From the human T2T-CHM13v2.0 reference genome, Homo sapiens, in assembly GCF_009914755.1 (NCBI RefSeq), contig NC_060925.1: a DNA stretch of 64,000 nucleotides; one strand, given 5' to 3'. Each line of letters begins with the position of its first letter. Within the stretch, counting starts at the first letter, position 1. Both the position numbers and the translations under genes were made by a program. Shown here one piece after another: positions 60,283 through 64,000 of this stretch. The notes under the pieces were generated by a model. It saw only the letters and a list, made by a program, of their open reading frames with translations, was not told the DNA's origin and ran no database searches.

Positions 60283-62435
60283 AGCTTTCTGTTTTGAACA
60301 GAATTTTCATGTAATATTAAAAGATAACAAAAGCTTTTTGTTTGCCTTTTGAACAAGTGACAGAAGAAAAAAAGGGAAGAGAATAGAGACAGATTTAGTT
60401 GGCCTCATGCTGTCTTTATTGGGTTTTTTGGAAAGCTGAGTCTACCCTCTATCAATGAGCAGAGATTTTTCCCTTTTTCTTATAATGACCTGGAATTCTA
60501 TTTTGTAATCTCAAGTGTTTAAACATTTGATATTTAACAAACTTTCCAAAGTTAATTTCTAAATTAAGCCTTTTTTTTGCTCTGATTATTCCTTTTAGAT
60601 ATTCAGTACCCTAAAGTCCAAAAGAGGCATATTTGATTTGGCATATTAAAATCATACAGAAAGCACTGTGAAATATGAAATGGTGTTTAACCTTCTTTAG
60701 ATTACATTTATATAAATGTTTTATCAGTATGTGTTCCAAACTTGCATGAGATTCTTATGATCCTGATATATCTTAATATGTTATCAGTAGTGATTATTAT
60801 GTAAAATTGTTGTATGCCATAAAAGTAGCCAAAATTTCTAGTCACTTATGTCTTTAACCATGGCCATTCTAAGACTTTTGTCTTCCACGATGGTTGTTTT
60901 ACTTTGATCCTTTCATAGGGCAGTTTATAATCAGCTATAGAACTCTGAGGAGTACTCTTAAATATAGGTTTCTGATAACTTTAGAGATTGTGCCATTGGA
61001 CTGAATAGAGAGAAAAGCTTCCAGGACTCTCATGGAAAGCTGATATATTCATGAGGATTGCTGATTCCATATTGAGCAGCACAGGAGTTAATTGCATGGA
61101 ATGAAATAACAAAAGATTGAAGTAATCTTTTACTACTTTTTGTTTAAAGCATTTGATTATTCTTTTTGTTTTTCAGAGTTGAGAAAACCCTTCTTTGAAG
61201 CTATGTGCAGCTTTTAACAGTTGGATAAAGTAAACTCTTAGAAATTGGAGTGTATTTCTTTCTCTCTACCTGATTTCCCCAGAATTTGAAAACTATTTGT
61301 AAGTATACTTAATTTATGGGAGTACACTTATTTGCATAAGTTCAATAAGAATCTGTTTTCTTTTGTGACAGGACACCATTGGAGAAACTGGTTATTTTAC
61401 CAAGGCTCTGACTGGAATGGCATACTTTCAGATGGAAACAGACTAAGGAATCAAAGTTGACTTATACAGCCAATAAAAAGCCCCTTGGGAAAACTGGCTT
61501 CACACCTTGTCTACATAGTCTCTATACAGGGTTTCCTGATCTGTGTAACAAATGTCATTTTCCGACAGGCCCAGGGACTCAAAGCTATTTTGGCACCTCA
61601 AGAGGATAGGAATTCACTCAAATCCATGTAAGTATTTCCGGGCACAGATAAATATGTGGCTGAGCTTAAGGCTTAAAAAAAAAATCTAATCTAAAATTCC
61701 TTATGGATCAAAGTTCCAGCAAAGTAAATTTTAATTTTAAAAACAGCCTATATGGCAAATAATTGTTCTTGCTGCACTTTATGCAAATACTCAGACCAAG
61801 TATAACAAGACTAAAACTTAATTTTGCACATACATTTGTCCTACTACGACTTATCTTTAGTAAACATGGACACTGGAGAAAAATTGTGTCAGAAAAAGAT
61901 CATAGTACCCCTCCTGTTAGATTCCAGTCTTGTCCATTGTTTTTGAGTTTTTATTATCTTTTTGAAATTTGGACTAAATCCTGAATTCTTTCCAGGCTAC
62001 AAGTCCCAAGTTAATGCTTTCAATTTTTTCTTCCATTTTTCTAATATGGACTCAATGAAATTACTACTACATTATTCATTATTCCTTGTAGTACAGTAAG
62101 ACATGTCAGACTGCCACTGTCTCCTCTGTAACTTAAAGATGCTTTTAGTCTAACATCTGGATAGATTGTTTCCAACGTTAAGATTTGTTTTTCTTCTGTT
62201 TCCATAGGAATGCCTCTTACTAAAAATCTGTTTGCCTTCATTACATGCAGAGGCCTAGCCTATCTGCAATGCCACCTCCTGGATGAGGCACAGCTATTCA
62301 CCTAAACTGGTCCATTCTCAAGAACTAGACATGGCTTGGGACTACCTTCATGGGTACTCATACTTTCTGTAGCCTGCTAAATATATATTTAGCTAACCTG
62401 TCATCATATCTGGTTACAATTGGCAGTGGGGACCC

Positions 62436-62819
62436 TGCATGATAATTAAGACCAACTGCTATATATACATCCCACATAATTTGGGAAATGTCTCAGATAG
62501 CCCTGCAAGATGTGCACCAACAAATCAAAGCTATATCTGACCCCACATTGTCCCTAGACCAGTGGTTACTATCCAAATCTGGGTCAGGACCATCCTGGTG
62601 GCAAAAGCTGCTTGTAACACTGGCCTTAATTGCAGGGATAGGCATATCCCTCTCTTGCGGTGTTTACTGCTATTGCACCCTCTGTGTGGGAATGCAAGAC
62701 ACGCTTTCCCAGGGACTCTGGAGACCTTGCACCATATTGCTCCAACATAATCTGTAAGTCTGGGTACTCGTGAATATTTCCAACTCCAAGTAGACCTCTT
62801 CCGTTCTGATTCCCAATGA
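62436..62819 (+). pseudogene. env TM C-terminal remnant resembling envR(b)/PABL type
   Basis: CMIIKTNCY (decayed CX6CC), IYIPHNLGNVS, then by frameshift IALQDVHQQIKAIS...PSWWQKLLVTLALIAGIGISLSCG, then REYFQLQVDLFRSDSQ*. Confidence 0.75.
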
Positions 62820-62905
62820 CTATGCCCCATTTTAGCAGGAAGTAGCCAGAATGAATATGGTGTCCAAATCCCATAAAAATGGAATTGAACTTGGCAGTGG
62901 AGATT

Positions 62906-64000
<1,095 letters not shown>

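Overview
Primate, most likely human, genomic DNA that is intergenic or intronic and dense in transposable elements. I find no credible intact protein-coding exon; most of the supplied ORFs are Alu, L1, LTR or microsatellite translations. Positions 1-29.3 kb are a mosaic of old L1, L2, MIR, MaLR/ERVL LTRs, Alus and a MER1A transposon. A CpG-island-like segment with a good CTCF motif lies at about 29.75-30.55 kb, followed by GC-rich unique sequence. At about 37.7-39.3 kb there is a decayed, intronless TRAK2 retrocopy that the ORF track misses; I recognised it by hand translation. From about 41.65 kb to the end is a four-level nest: an old MER4-group ERV1 (with an envR(b)/PABL-like env tail and a 3' LTR), interrupted by an Alu, which is split by a two-LTR MER4A1 provirus, which is interrupted by a two-LTR LTR2/Harlequin provirus. 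TSDs, PBS, PPT and hand-counted LTR divergences (about 11% versus about 6%) agree with that order. Several small fold-back or template-switch scars and unusually similar inverted repeats are also visible. I cannot support a wholly new biological system. Family names and protein matches come from memory, not from database searches.
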